Shown piece after piece: positions 1-12,653 of a stretch of 64,000 nucleotides of DNA. The stretch covers positions 91,016,001 through 91,080,000 of the forward strand of contig NC_043003.1 in NCBI RefSeq assembly GCF_006345805.1, written 5' to 3'. Position 1 is the first letter of the stretch. Each line of letters starts with the position of its first letter. This DNA comes from Octopus sinensis. Its lineage: Eukaryota. The translations under genes were made by a program, and so were the position numbers. The notes under the pieces were generated by a model. It saw only the letters and a program-made list of their open reading frames with translations, did not search any database and was not told the origin of the DNA.

Positions 1-237
1 ATATATATATATATATACGTACGTATGTATGCTAGCAGAAATACCCGGCATTGCCAGGTTAAAGAGAATAATGAAATTTTAAAATGTTATCTAGATTATG
101 CAGGTCTCAACTGCTAGTAGCTGAGATACCAACTTTCTACTCTCTAATAACTCTCCAAAACATGCCAGCATGGAACAAAGACGTTAAATGAAATGTTAAA
201 ATAAAGATTTCAACTCATATATGTATATAAAGTAAAT

Positions 238-401
238 GAGTGGCTGTGTAGTAAGTAGCTTGCTAACCAGCCACATGGTTCCGGGTTCAGTCCCACTGCG
301 TGGCATCTTGGGCAAGTGTCTTCTGCTATAGCCCCGGGCCGACCAATGCCTTGTGAGTGGATTTGGTAGACGGAAACTGAAAGAAGCCTGTTGTATATAT
401 G

Positions 402-434
<33 letters not shown>

Positions 435-640
435 GTTTGTGTGTCTGTGTTTGTCTCCCTAGCATTGCTTGACAACCGATGCTGGTGTGTTTATCTCCCC
501 GTCACTTAGCGGTTTGGCAAAAGAGACGGTAGAATAAGTACTGGGCTTAGAAAGAATAAGTCCCGGGGTCAATTTGCTCGACAAAAGGCGGTGCTCCAGC
601 ATGGCCACAGTCAAATGACTGAAACAAGTAAAAAAGAGAG
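238..640 (+). mobile_element. tRNA-derived SINE with internal (TA)/(TG) microsatellite (family 1)
   Basis: Box A/B-like head (TGGCTGTGTAGTAAG..GGTTCAGTCCC), body GGATTTGGTAGACGGAAACTGAAAGAAGCC, tail GACTGAAACAAGTAAAA; many copies in the window. Confidence 0.85.
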
Positions 641-724
641 AGAAAAAAAAAAGAGACACATAATTCAAAAACACATTTTGTGTAGCTTATTTCATAACCA
701 AAAGACAGGTACAGATTATAAACA

Positions 725-1120
725 ATAAAAGGCTGATTTTGGTGTTTCGTTTGACAGAGGTAGTAGAGAGCCAATCCAATGATAAATTTGACCTTGGATC
801 TCGAAAGTTTGCATGAATTCTGACCCAGTCAAATTTTTTGTGGTTCCAAATGATGTCATCTGTAGTGCAGCATTCTATTGTCTAATTTTGTTTTGGAAGT
901 GCTTGGAATCTTGGTCAGTTGATGACAACAGTCTCTTCAATGGCTCTGGAAGTTGGGGGATTGCAGGGAGTTTAACCTTTCCACCACTGCAGCACAGTGC
1001 AGGTGTCTCTCAAGGTCACTTCCTTTCTTTACAATGTATGCACTCTCTTGTCATTGCACCAATAGAAACTCTAGTATCATCTACATAATGAACTGCTGGA
1101 TCATAATTGAAAGCTGCTTT
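725..1120 (-). pseudogene. Helitron Rep/helicase N-terminal region (stops present)
   Basis: Hand translation: KAAFNYDPAVHY..IGAMTRECIHCKERK*P*ETPALCCSGGKVKLPAIPQLPEPLKRLL..SKHFQNKIRQ*NAALQMTSFG..FEIQGQIYHWIGSLLP, matching the conserved Helitron C-x2-C..CC-x-GKV..QMTSFG..QGQxYHxxGSLLP segment. Confidence 0.88.
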
Positions 1121-2979
1121 ATAGAAGTTGCTTCCCTGAGCTGTTACAACTGCTCTTCATTCTGCAATGGCGATCCTATTCCTTTTCACCCATGCATACC
1201 TCTCTCTGTTAATCAATTTTGAGATGCTCTGGCTTTTGTAGTGCACAGTCTGTTTGTTTCTTGGTATGCTTCCCTTTCTGCGACTGTCTCTCTTTCCTTG
1301 GATGGAGACATTCTTTTGGCTTACCTTGACATCGTAGGCAAATTTGACACTTTCCTTCTAAGCATGGTTATATATGTATACAGAAATATATGGGTGCAGA
1401 AGATAGCAAACAATGGAAATAACTGGGTAACGGAAATTATATTTCTTAATACAGTGGGCAGAAAGTAAATAAGAAATTTTTACAGAGGATAAAGAATTGT
1501 ATGGGTTGAAGCGAAATTTGTGAACCAAAGAGCCAGTATTGAAGGAACCGGAAAAAAACCATTAACAACAGAAAAACACAAAACCGTTGCAAAAGTAAAT
1601 AAGAAATTTTTAGGGAAATTAACTAAGTGTACAGATTTAAGTGAAATCTTTGAAGTTACTTCTGTCAGTAAGTTATGAATTTATTTTTATCAGTAATTTC
1701 ATCAACAACAACAAAAAACACAAAGTGCTACAAAAGTAAATAAGCAATTTGTAGGCAAATTTAATAAAGTGAAATTTATGAAGTTACTACTGTCAGGAAA
1801 TTATCTATGAAATTACTTTCATCAGTAATTGTGAACTTTTTTCTGTCAGTAATTTGTCGTTGTTGTTTGTAAATAGTGATTGAAAACTTACAGTGAAAAC
1901 AATAGTAATTGAACTTAAAGTGAAAACAATAGCGTCTGAAAAATGAAAGTGAAAACAACAGTGAGTGAAATATACAGAGAAGGGGAGAGAGAGAGCTAGC
2001 TAGTTAGACAAATATGATAGATATAGATAAATAGATAAGATATAGAGAGATAGATACAGAGTGATAGATAGCTATAGAGATAGAGATGGATAGAGAGATA
2101 TAGATAGTGAGATATAGATAGAGAGTTATAGAGAGATAGAGAGATAGAGACAGAGAGATATAGATGTCACTGATGCTAGAAAATTGGAAGTAAATATTTT
2201 TAAAAACTTTCAAAGACGTGAATCTAATATAAAAAGCAATATTTTTTTATGACCACTGGATGTAAGGGAGACAATCAATTTCTGAAAGTTACTTCGCAAA
2301 GTGTTACCTCCCTTCACCACGTAACCCAGGAATGGGTTTTTTCTACCCCCAGGAGGCCCGTTACTCATGTGAAAAATTCTAAGATTCTAAAGCCACCTCT
2401 GGAACATAAGTAATATCTGTTCCCAGTTTGGAGAAAATCAGTTGAAAAATATGGCCGTTATAATCTTTTACACACACAGACAGAATAGGATTTATATTAT
2501 ATATATAAAAATGCACATCAACTTCAGCCATGAGTGTTTTCTACTCACTTTTGTAAATGTCTGAATAGCTCATCAGCTGGAATCAAGATATGAATACTGC
2601 TATGCTCTTAATACCTAAGAAAGAAACATATGTCTATGGCTGTCCTTTTGTCTCTCTCTTTCTCTCTCTCTCTCTCACTATTTGTGAACATTCATGTGTT
2701 AATGTATATTTGTAAGTGTATGAATAAGTGGATATTTATCCAATTTTTGTATATTAATTTTTTCCCTATTTCTGTCTCTTGTTGTTTCATATTTAAACTA
2801 GTAACAATTTTTCAATTATCATAACACTCCTGATGATATGGGTAAACATGGCTTTTAAGTTAATCTAATCTAATTTTATTATATACCCCAATTGGGTAAT
2901 TATAGAATTAATGATGTTTATCCTAATTAAACAGCTGTTGAGCACAATTAGAATATTAACTATATGTGAAGCATTTCTA

Positions 2980-3049
<70 letters not shown>

Positions 3050-4025
3050 TATATATAGATAGATAGATAGATATATAGATAGATAGATAGATAGATAGAT
3101 AGACAGATAAAACTTGCTTGGAGGATGTGTATAAGTTCATGTGAATGCATGTGCATTATCTTTGTATATTAGTGTATGTTTTATGTGTAAACATTTGTGA
3201 AAATATTTGTATATCTGTATAAATGTATGTGTATGTGTGGGTGTGTGTACATTTTGGCTGTTTATGTGAGAGGAATATAAAAATGACACCCTTCTAAGTA
3301 TACACACATCTGTACATATAGATACAAATAATGTGAATGATTGCATGTGAGAAAGAGAGAGAGAGAAGGAGGGAGGGAGAGAGAGAAAGAAATAGCAGAT
3401 AGTGACAAAGAAGCATGGAGTTAATGAAATACACAGTGAATCACAGGTAACATATGCAACACATGCACACAAATACCTATATATACTTATGTAAGTACAT
3501 AAATAGACGTATACACACACACACACACACATGTACATATGTCTTTGTATATACATCATCATCATCATCATCAACAATAATGAGGAGGATAATTCTTAGT
3601 ATCAGAGCTTAGTATCAAGACTAAGAATGTCAAACTGCTGATTGAAGGGCAAATGGTTGGATTCTTGTTGCCTGTACTCAGCCTATGACATATTACTGAC
3701 TCGGTTCACCTAACTGTAAAAAGAAGCCATTAAAAGAAGGAAACTCTATGTGGTTACTCTTCAGAGATAACAAGTACAGAAATGAAATTTCTTTTTTGTC
3801 TCCATACCTGCTGTCTTTGAAGAGTATGTGGTATTACTTAGCCATGTTGTTATCTAACATCCAATTCTTGTACCCTCTGTGATGCCAGTTGATAAGATCA
3901 GCTATAATGGATCTTTAATACTGTATACTTTGATAATATACCCACTTTATTCACAAATATATGAATGCATCTCTTTTCTGATTATGGATTCTTAGAAAAC
4001 TATGTGTGTGTGTGTGTATGTGTGT

Positions 4026-4061
<36 letters not shown>

Positions 4062-4224
4062 TAAGAGTGTGTGTTTCTGTGTGTATGGCATAAGTATATG
4101 TATGTACATATGTATATGTATGCATGTGTGTGTGTATTTGTGTGTGTGTGTGTGTACAAAGACATGTCAAGTTAAGTAAAATCGGGGTTGTCTTTACATA
4201 CAGGCATGCTTCCTGCATCCCTCT

Positions 4225-4486
4225 TCAGCTGAGTGTTCCTAATGTTGTGGGATTATGGGAGCTGGTGCCATGTAAAAGCACTCATACTCTTGCTATGTAA
4301 AAAGCACACAGTGCACTCAGTAAAGTGGTTGGTGTTAGGAAGGACATCCAGCCATAGAAACCATGCTGAAACATCCATGGAGCCTGGACAGCTCTTCAAC
4401 TGGCTAGTTCCTGTCGATCCATCCAGCCCATACCAGCATGGAAAACAGACATTAAATGATGATGATGATGATGATGATGATGATGG
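4225..4486 (+). mobile_element. SINE or 3' fragment sharing the RTE LINE 3' tail
   Basis: GGCATCCAGCCATAGAAACC..CCAGCATGGAAAACAGACATTAAAT(GAT)n, the same terminus as the RTE copy ending at 61172. Confidence 0.7.
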
Positions 4487-4744
4487 TATATAACAGGTAA
4501 CTCTGGAAGTATACTTTTGTCAACATGGGCAATACCAGGAAATATGACATACATACAATAATAATTATCAAATTTATTTTGCTAATAGAAAATAATGAAA
4601 GTAATACTCATTTTCAAAGGAAAAATATCTATTACTTTAAAATAAAATTAAATAAAAAGGTATTTAAAAAGTAAAAACTATTGAAAACAAAGTCACTTTT
4701 CATGCTGATTATAGAAGCTCGCCCCCCCCCATTTTGATATATAT

Positions 4745-5100
4745 ATATATTCTTTTACTCTTTTACTTATTTCAGTCATTTGACTGTGGCCATGTTGGAG
4801 CACTGCCTTTAGTCAATCAAATCGACCCCAAGACTTATTCTTTGTAAGTCTAGTACTTATTCTATCTGTCTCTTCTGCCGAACCACAAAGTTATGGGCAT
4901 GTAAACACACCAACATCAGCTGTCAAGCAAAGTGGTTGGGACACACACACACACACACACACATATACGACAGGCTTCTTACAGTTTCTGACAACCAAAT
5001 CCACTGACAAGGCTTTGGCAAGCCCAAGGTGCCACGGCGAGGGACTGAACCTAGAACCAAGAGGTTGGGAAGCAATCTTCTTACCACGCAACTACGCTGC
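4745..5100 (-). mobile_element. Family 1 SINE
   Basis: Reverse-complement match to the 238-640 copy. Confidence 0.8.
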
Positions 5101-5752
5101 ACCTATATATATAGGAACACACACACACATACACAATGTCCTTCTCTTCCTCTGTCTCTATGATTCTTTCTTTCTCTCTTATTGTGTATGTCTGTGTAGT
5201 GTTTCGTTACTCTTTGACTGTCATCAGACCTAGTATATGCACTCATCCTGCACCTTTTAAGTAAACTCTCTCTCTCTTGCTCTCTCCTTGTTTGTATATG
5301 ATGTGAAAAGAAATCAATCCACTGACATTCATATCAGCTATCATATATATATAATATATATATAGTATAATATATATATATAGATATAGATATAGATATA
5401 GATATTCTATGATTTGTTTCAGATAGCTAGATAAAAAAAAGGGGAGGTATTTACCCTTCAAAGAAATGACATATGATACATCAAGGTGATGGATAAAGGT
5501 AATTATATATGTTAAGTATGCCAATGAAAGGCAAATTGATATATTATGTCAATAATGAAAGGTAATCCTTGTTTTTTTTTTCAGGATATATAAATAGAAG
5601 ACAATTCTATATCTTGATTGATTTCATGAAAATTGTTGAAAATTGTTTCTATTTAATAGCCTGAGCAAATATAATTTCTAAACCTCAATCGATAGATGAT
5701 GATGATGATGATGATGCTTCTGACGATGATGATGCAGCAGCAGCATCAGCAG

Positions 5753-6154
5753 CAAATATTCTACTCAATACCACAGATTTGCTTGTCCATTGTTTGACCG
5801 TAACCACTTGACCATGTCCCTTAGTGGCTGACGATATGTGCATCTCTGATCACGAGCAGAAGTAGTGGGGGAGCATCATAGCCATGTGTTGAGAGGGATT
5901 CTTTGGGGTTTGAATAATTCACCTCTGGAAACATGGGTGGTTCTTTCAACATCCTTAAACAACCCTTATTCAGGGACCTTTTGAGCGGGATGAGTTACTC
6001 GACCAGAAGAAAATTCTAACTGGGCCCCACCTGCAAAGTCATGTGCTGCATGTGCTTAGTGTACCCTTATCAGATAGGTAGTCATGACGTATATACTGGG
6101 CTTCATATATTTTACCCCAGTGTCACTTTGATGGCATGCACTACTTTCTCACTC

Positions 6155-6160
<6 letters not shown>
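5753..6160 (+). mobile_element. (TAA)n-associated retroposon, 5'-truncated copy
   Basis: Near-identical to 6187-6721 with an internal deletion; ends CTCACTC followed by (AAT)n. Confidence 0.75.
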
Positions 6161-6186
<26 letters not shown>

Positions 6187-6191
<5 letters not shown>

Positions 6192-6721
6192 CTCTCATGA
6201 CTTCTGATCTTAACTGATTGGAAGTGTTATCATGTACCATTGTTTTGTCTTGGTATAAAAGATGGGCTACAGCAAATATTCTGCTCAATACCACAGATTT
6301 GCTTGTCAGTTGTTTGACCTTAACCAGTTGAGCATGTCCCTTAGTGGCTGACGATATGTGCATCTCTGATCGCGAGCAGTAGTAGTGGGGAAGCAATATA
6401 GCCATGTGTTGAGAGGGATTCTTTGGGGTTTGAATAATTCACCTCTGGAAACATGGGTAGTTCTTTCAACATCCTTAAACAACCCTTATTCAGGGACCTT
6501 TTGAGCGGGATGGGCTACTCGACCAGAAGAAAATTCTAACTGGGCCCCACCTGCAAGGTCATGCACTGTTTATCTTGATATGAGATTACCATGTCGCCCA
6601 CATATGGTTGTGATGCATGTGCCTGGTGTACCCTTATCAGACGGGTAGTCATGATGGGTATACTGGGCTTCGTATATTTTACCCCGGTGTCACTTTGATA
6701 GCATGCACTGCTCTCTCACTC
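6187..6721 (+). mobile_element. (TAA)n-associated ~550-bp retroposon
   Basis: Flanked by (AAT)n on both sides; constant end CTGCTCTCTCACTC(AAT)n; third copy inverted at 20518-21075. Confidence 0.75.
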
Positions 6722-6919
6722 AATAATAATAATAATAATAATAAGTTTCAAATTTTGGCACAAGGCTAGGCAATTTTAGGAGGAGGGTGGTGTTACTGGA
6801 TTTGAAGTGAGAATTTAAAGAGCTGGAACAAATACTGCTAAACATATTTTCCAATGCACTAATGATTCTGTCAGCTCATTGCATTACAATTGGTATTTAA
6901 TAATAATAATAATAATAAT

Positions 6920-7560
6920 GTTCTTGCTCTATAGGGTGCTCAGGTGCTCTACAACACATTAGAAAATAATAAAATAGAGAGAAAACAGTAATAACCACAA
7001 ATAGAGAAAGACAGCACTGATAGCCAAAAGTACATGCATAGTTCGCAGAATAAAAGAGAAAAAGACAGAAAAGTGAACAGTAAAAGAGCCATAAAGAAGA
7101 AAGGGTGCACAGGAACACCAGGAGTAGTGTTGGCCAGTTTTAGGAAGCATGGAAGTTTTGAAGGATGCACAATTCTAATAGTTAATGACTGTTTATTCAT
7201 TCTAAGCATGAAAAATGTTTTTTAAAAATCATGGGTGTTGTGCTATTGTTTGATTTTTATAAACATGTCCACAGGTAATAGAGGTATTGAATTTGAAAAG
7301 GTGGCTAAAGTTGTTGTTGGAAAGATGGTGGATAAATTTATGGGCTTCTACCAAGTCAGCTACTAGACTTCAGAGCTTTAGTGTATCAATATGCAGAGAA
7401 GCAATATGTTGAAGATTTTGTGACTGCTAGAGGACATTCATCTGATTGCATATCGCAGGACAGCATTCAGTAGATTAATATTCTGGACAAGATGGGGCTT
7501 CAGACTGTAGATGCAAACTGTATGAATGTACCACAGCCATATATAGCTTTAAATAGAAAG
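6920..7560 (-). mobile_element. CR1-type LINE 3' end (decayed)
   Basis: Minus frames give ..FASTV*SPHLVQNINLLN.. and DLVEAHKFIHHLSNNNFSHLFKFNTSITCGHVYK, the typical CR1 ORF2 C-terminus; (TTA)n tail near 6900. Confidence 0.75.
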
Positions 7561-8099
7561 TCAGGGCAGGTGGTTGAGTAAACTATAACTTTTAAGATAG
7601 AAATGATCTTTTATATAAAGATCATTCATAAGGCACAGGTCATTGAGTGAAAGAAATTTCCAGGCCTCATATGGTTGAATAAAATTAATTTCTAAAACTT
7701 ACGTAGTTCAATAAATTGAATTCATTAGTAAATTTAATTTCAAAAACAATTATTTCTGAACCCTAGGTGGTTGAGCAAAACTAATTCCCAATCTCATTTA
7801 GTTGAGCAAAGGTAAATATGATTGAGTAAAGGTAAATTTAGGACTATTATGAATGAGTTAAGGTACTGTTTGAACCTTGAATTGTTGATTATTAGTTTCA
7901 AAGTCTCTTTTAGATGAATTAATGGTAATTTACCTAAAATTCAAATGGTTGATAATAAAAGTCATATATCTAATGCTCTGATATTTTAAGGATAAAAGTA
8001 ATTTCTATGACACGAGGTCTCAAATGAAGGCCATTTATAAAGCTCAGATAAACAATAATAAGATATGTTCTAAAGCTCAAACTGTTGGTATAGAAAATT

Positions 8100-8340
8100 C
8101 CTTGTGGCATAGTAGATCATTCCCCAAGGATGTCAAGCAAGGAGAAGGAAGAAGCCTAAGGACCTACACCAGGTAAGGAAGCAGGAGATTTGAAAGGTCT
8201 ATTTTTGGACTGTTAAGGTCAGCTAGAATGAACATGTGGTTGGAGTCTCTGTGTATTCAAGCTTCTGGTCAGAGGTTTGGGTTGTGAGAGTCTCTGAGTT
8301 ATACAGCAAGTTAAAGTTGGTGATTGAGATGTTCTTTTTG
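8100..8340 (-). pseudogene. Apurinic endonuclease fragment of a CR1/L2-type LINE
   Basis: HMFILADLNSPKIDLS resembles the ILGDFNxPxIDW motif. Confidence 0.45.
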
Positions 8341-8679
8341 AATCATTCCCAGATGTTATGATAAAAGAATTTTTGTTCTTTATGCTACATTTCTAAAGCT
8401 TAAATACTTGAGCAAATATAATTTCAAAACTTAAATTGGTTGAATAAGAGTAATTTTTAAATTTTAGATGCCTGAGTTAAGGCCAATCTTAATTTTTAAC
8501 TGATTTAAGTACTCTTAATTTGTAGGGAACCTGTATGTGAAAAAAAAGGTACAATAAATGCTCTTTTTGTTGAGTAAAGGTAATTTATAAAGCATGATTG
8601 AGTTTAAAGTTCAATTTATTAATAATAAAAAAACATTTTTAAAAATTTAAGACCTTGAATAAAATTATTGTTTTCTACT

Positions 8680-8885
8680 CTAGCCACAAGGCCTGAAATT
8701 TTGGGGGAGGGGACCAGTCAATTAGATTGATCCCAGTACGCAACTGGTACTTAATTTATTGACCCCCAAAAGGATGAAAGGTAAAGTCGACTTCATTGGA
8801 ATTTGAACTCAGAACGGAAAGACAGACGAAATACTGATAAGCATTTAGGCTGGTGTGCTAACATTTCAGCCAAGCTCGCCACCTC
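8680..8885 (-). mobile_element. Short tRNA-derived SINE (family 2, Meta-domain-like core)
   Basis: Core GTCGACTTTGCCTTTCATCCTTT(C/T)GGGGTCGATAAA(A/T)TAAGTACCA shared with many copies. Confidence 0.75.
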
Positions 8886-9520
8886 CCTTGAATAAAATTA
8901 TTAAACTTAATCTAAGTAAGAGGTGGAAGAGACAGAGATTTAGTGGTGGAAGAGAAAAAAGTAAAGAAAGAGAGTGGTGGGAAAGAAAGAGAACAGCAGT
9001 AAAATAGACAGATGAAGAAAATGAGGGCAAAAGAGAAGAGAAAAAAGGGAAAAGAAAGAGAGAACTTTTTTTTGCTCTTGGGCCATTTTTTAATTTTGGT
9101 AAATTATGTTAAGACAAATTTGTGACATGATAAACTGAAGCCAGCAATATGGAAATTCACTTGTTACTGCCAGAATTTGTTTGGTACCTGAGCTGTTTAA
9201 TATAATGAAGTCTCATGTTACATAACACATGTACAGGTGCGCATGCACACATACACACACACACATACAAGTCATGCAGGCGGATAGCCACCCACACAAA
9301 CAACTGTGCCACACTTGCAGAGACGTAGAGTAAAGGTTAAATCAAGATACAGTCTTATAATTCTGGTATACAAAGCACGCCAACTTTGGTAATGCTAACA
9401 TGATACAGAAGAATATTTTTTCAAGCTACACACTTGCAGACATACACGTACACACATACACACACACATAACATTCATATATACATATATATATATATGT
9501 ATACATGTGTGTATGTATAT

Positions 9521-9580
<60 letters not shown>

Positions 9581-9689
9581 TCACACACACACATGCACAC
9601 ATAAATACACAAGCACACATATATTTATTCTATGTGTATATAACATATATATATATACATATATGTGTGTGTGCACACGCACGCGTGTA

Positions 9690-10100
9690 TATTACTCTTT
9701 TACTCTTTTACTTGTTTCAGTCATTTGACTGCGGCCATGCTGGAGCACCGCCTTTTAATCGAGCAAATCGACCCCGGAACTTATTCTTTTGTAAGCCGAG
9801 TACTTATTCTATCGGTCTCTTTTGCCGAACCGCTAAGTAACGGGGACATAAACACACCAGCATCGGTTGTCAAGCAATGTTAGGGGGACAAACACAGATA
9901 CACAAACACACGCACGCATATACATATGTACATATATACGACGGGCTTCTTTCAGTTTCCGTCTACCAAATCCACTCACAAGGCTTTGGTCGGCCCGAGG
10001 CTAAAGTAGAAACACTTGCCCAAGGTGCCACGTAGTGGGACTGAACCCAGAACCGTGTGGTTGGTAAACAAGCTACTTACCACACAGCCACTCCTGCGCC
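9690..10100 (-). mobile_element. Family 1 SINE, young copy (CpGs intact)
   Basis: Full head-to-tail match to the family. Confidence 0.88.
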
Positions 10101-10124
10101 TATATATATATACATACATCTTTT

Positions 10125-10210
<86 letters not shown>

Positions 10211-10237
10211 TATACATATTTTATACATATAAATATA

Positions 10238-10269
<32 letters not shown>

Positions 10270-10355
10270 GTAGGTCCCGGGTTGATTCGGGGTTAACCAC
10301 AGTAAATAAGGTACTCAATACATAGCAGAGTAAAATTAATTTATTATATAGAAGG

Positions 10356-10406
10356 AGCTTCTACAGGACTAGAACTGTTTCATTCAAGAGAAATCATCAG
10401 GAAGCT
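10356..10406 (-). ncRNA. Type I hammerhead ribozyme motif (family A, left arm)
   Basis: AGCUUC-CUGAUGA-U-UUC-UCUU-GAA-U-GAA-ACAG-UUCUAGUC-CUGU-A-GAAGCU: stem I 6 bp, stem III 4 bp, GUA triplet, weak stem II. Confidence 0.7.
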
Positions 10407-10639
10407 AGTTAACAAGAATTGTTTTGGCATTTATACATTTAGGCAGGTTTAAAGGGGTGGTGGTGGTGGACTTTTTGGGGGTAGGCATAGCGCAAAAATA
10501 TCATACTTAGGGGAGTGGTCAAGGAGTCAGTGGTAAAGTAGATAAAAGAATAAATAAAAGAATAAAAAAATAAAAGAATAAAAAAATTATAAATAGAAGA
10601 ATAGAGTTTTAGGTAAATAAGGAGGCTCTCACTTATACA

Positions 10640-10691
10640 TATACACATATGTATATATATACACACACACACACATATACATACATATATA

Positions 10692-10732
<41 letters not shown>

Positions 10733-10919
10733 CATACACATACACACATACACACACATATATACATACACACCTGCACACACATGTCCATATATACAAA
10801 TATATATATATATATATATAACATATGTGTACCTATACTACCTACACATACACACCACATACATACACATACAAACCCATTCCCTTATTTTAATTTTATT
10901 GTATGTATACACACATGTG

Positions 10920-10966
<47 letters not shown>

Positions 10967-11030
10967 ATATGTATATATTTGTGTGTGTGTGTATGTGTGT
11001 ATATGTATGTATATATATATGTGTGTATGT

Positions 11031-11066
<36 letters not shown>

Positions 11067-11713
11067 GTGAATGTGTGTGTATATGTATATATATATATAT
11101 ATATATGTGTGTGTAAGTGTGTGTATATATGTATGTGTAAGTGTGTATATGTTTGCTTGTATGTATATGTATATATGTGTATGTGTGTGTATATGTATGT
11201 GTATATATATATATTATATATATATATATATATACTATATATATATATATATGTGTGTGTGTATATGTATTATATGTATATGTATATGTATGTATGTGTA
11301 TATGTACATATACGTGTACGCTCGTGTGTTTATGTATATGTAGGTATGTAGAGTTATGTATGTATGTCTATGTATATATACAATGTGTAAATAGCTATAT
11401 ATATGTGTAAGTTTATATGTATGTATCCGTCTGTAGAATAGGTAACTGCACGTATATATATTTAATATTATTATTTATTTTTGAGTATGCATGTATGTAT
11501 ATGAATAACTGCACGTAGATATATTTTATTATTTATTTTTTGAGTATGCATGTAAGTATATGAAATAAGGAGGAGCGTGGTGTGTGTGTATGTGTAAGCA
11601 TATGTATAAATATATGTATACTTTTACACATGTGTGTACTTATGTGTTATATATATGGATGCGTGTGTGTGTGTGTGTATGTGTACGCATGTATATATGT
11701 ATGTGTGTGTATG

Positions 11714-11762
<49 letters not shown>

Positions 11763-12341
11763 GTATATGTATATGTGTGGGTGTGTGTATGTGTATAAAT
11801 GTATGTATGTATAGGTGTATGTATATGTATGTATATATACGTATATATATGTGTATGTGTATATGTATGGACTAGTCTTCTGTGGGTGTATTGAGGTATG
11901 TATGTGTAAGCGTGTAGACATGAATCAGTAGGTACGCGTACGTATGTGTATATATGTGAATGTATGTAGATGTATGTATGTATGAATATAACGCGTGCGT
12001 GCGTGTATGTGTATGAGTGTACAAATGAGTGCGTGTGCATGCGAATGAGTGTGCATGCATGAGTGAGTGCTGTCGTCCCCAGGGGGACGATAGCCAAGAT
12101 GCTTGTGACCGCGGTCAAAGATAACAAAAGTAATAAATGAAAATAATAATAATAAATTAATAATAAAAAAAAAAAAAATAATAATAAAATTAAAATAAGG
12201 GAATGGGTTTGGATGTGTATGTATATGTGTGTATGTGTAGGTATGTATAGGTACACATATGTATATATATATATATATGTGTATATATGGACATGTGTGT
12301 GCATGTGTGTATGTATATATGTGTGTGTATGTGTGTATGTG

Positions 12342-12360
<19 letters not shown>
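10640..12360. repeat. Compound (TA)/(TG)/(CA) microsatellite field with an internal inverted duplication (10800-10900 vs 12180-12350)
   Basis: Direct reading; ACAAACCCATTCCCTTATTTTAATTTTATT recurs as its reverse complement. Confidence 0.85.
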
Positions 12361-12372
<12 letters not shown>

Positions 12373-12590
12373 GGATGAAGTCCCTTACTCTACAGCAAAG
12401 GAATTCATCAGGAAGCGTGGGCAGTATATTTAAAAAAACCGTTACGGTTGCAATATACATCATATAATTAAGGGCTAAAGAGGGTTCTTAAAGCCAAATA
12501 CACTGTTTTATCCACTTATAATCCGCTTGTTACAGGAAAATTGAAACTGAAAAAGGGCAACTAACCTTTAGAAAATTTAAATTTCGTTAT

Positions 12591-12653
12591 CTCTATATTG
12601 AATCAATTTCGGACTTAATCTTATAAAAAAAGATATATCCTTCTTCAGTAGAA
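12591..12653 (-). ncRNA. Type I hammerhead ribozyme motif (family D, copy 1)
   Basis: Reverse complement of the motif at 13398-13461. Confidence 0.75.

Larger units (their letters stand above)
32..2505 (-). mobile_element. Internally deleted Helitron with both termini
   Basis: Minus-strand 3' end reads CCTGGC-AAT-GCCGGG hairpin, then TATTTCTG, then CTAG (32-35), the canonical Helitron 3' end. The 5' end near 2500 (minus: ..ATATATAATATAAATCCTATTCTGTCTGTG) resembles the TC-starting end at 27915. A RepHel relic and ~150-bp AT-rich internal repeats (1460-1850) lie between. Confidence 0.72.

Noticed and set aside
2825-2860. CTGATGA core after ACACTC (possible seventh hammerhead)
   Set aside because: No GAAA half or helix I partner; at best an unrecognisable relic.
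9270-9320. Possible minus-strand small exon (VAQLFVWVAIRLHD)
   Set aside because: Splice signals are only moderate, it adjoins a microsatellite, and there are no supporting neighbouring exons.
10439-12467. Many long ORFs rich in Y/I/C/V/H/T
   Set aside because: Translations of (TA)/(TG)/(CA) microsatellites.
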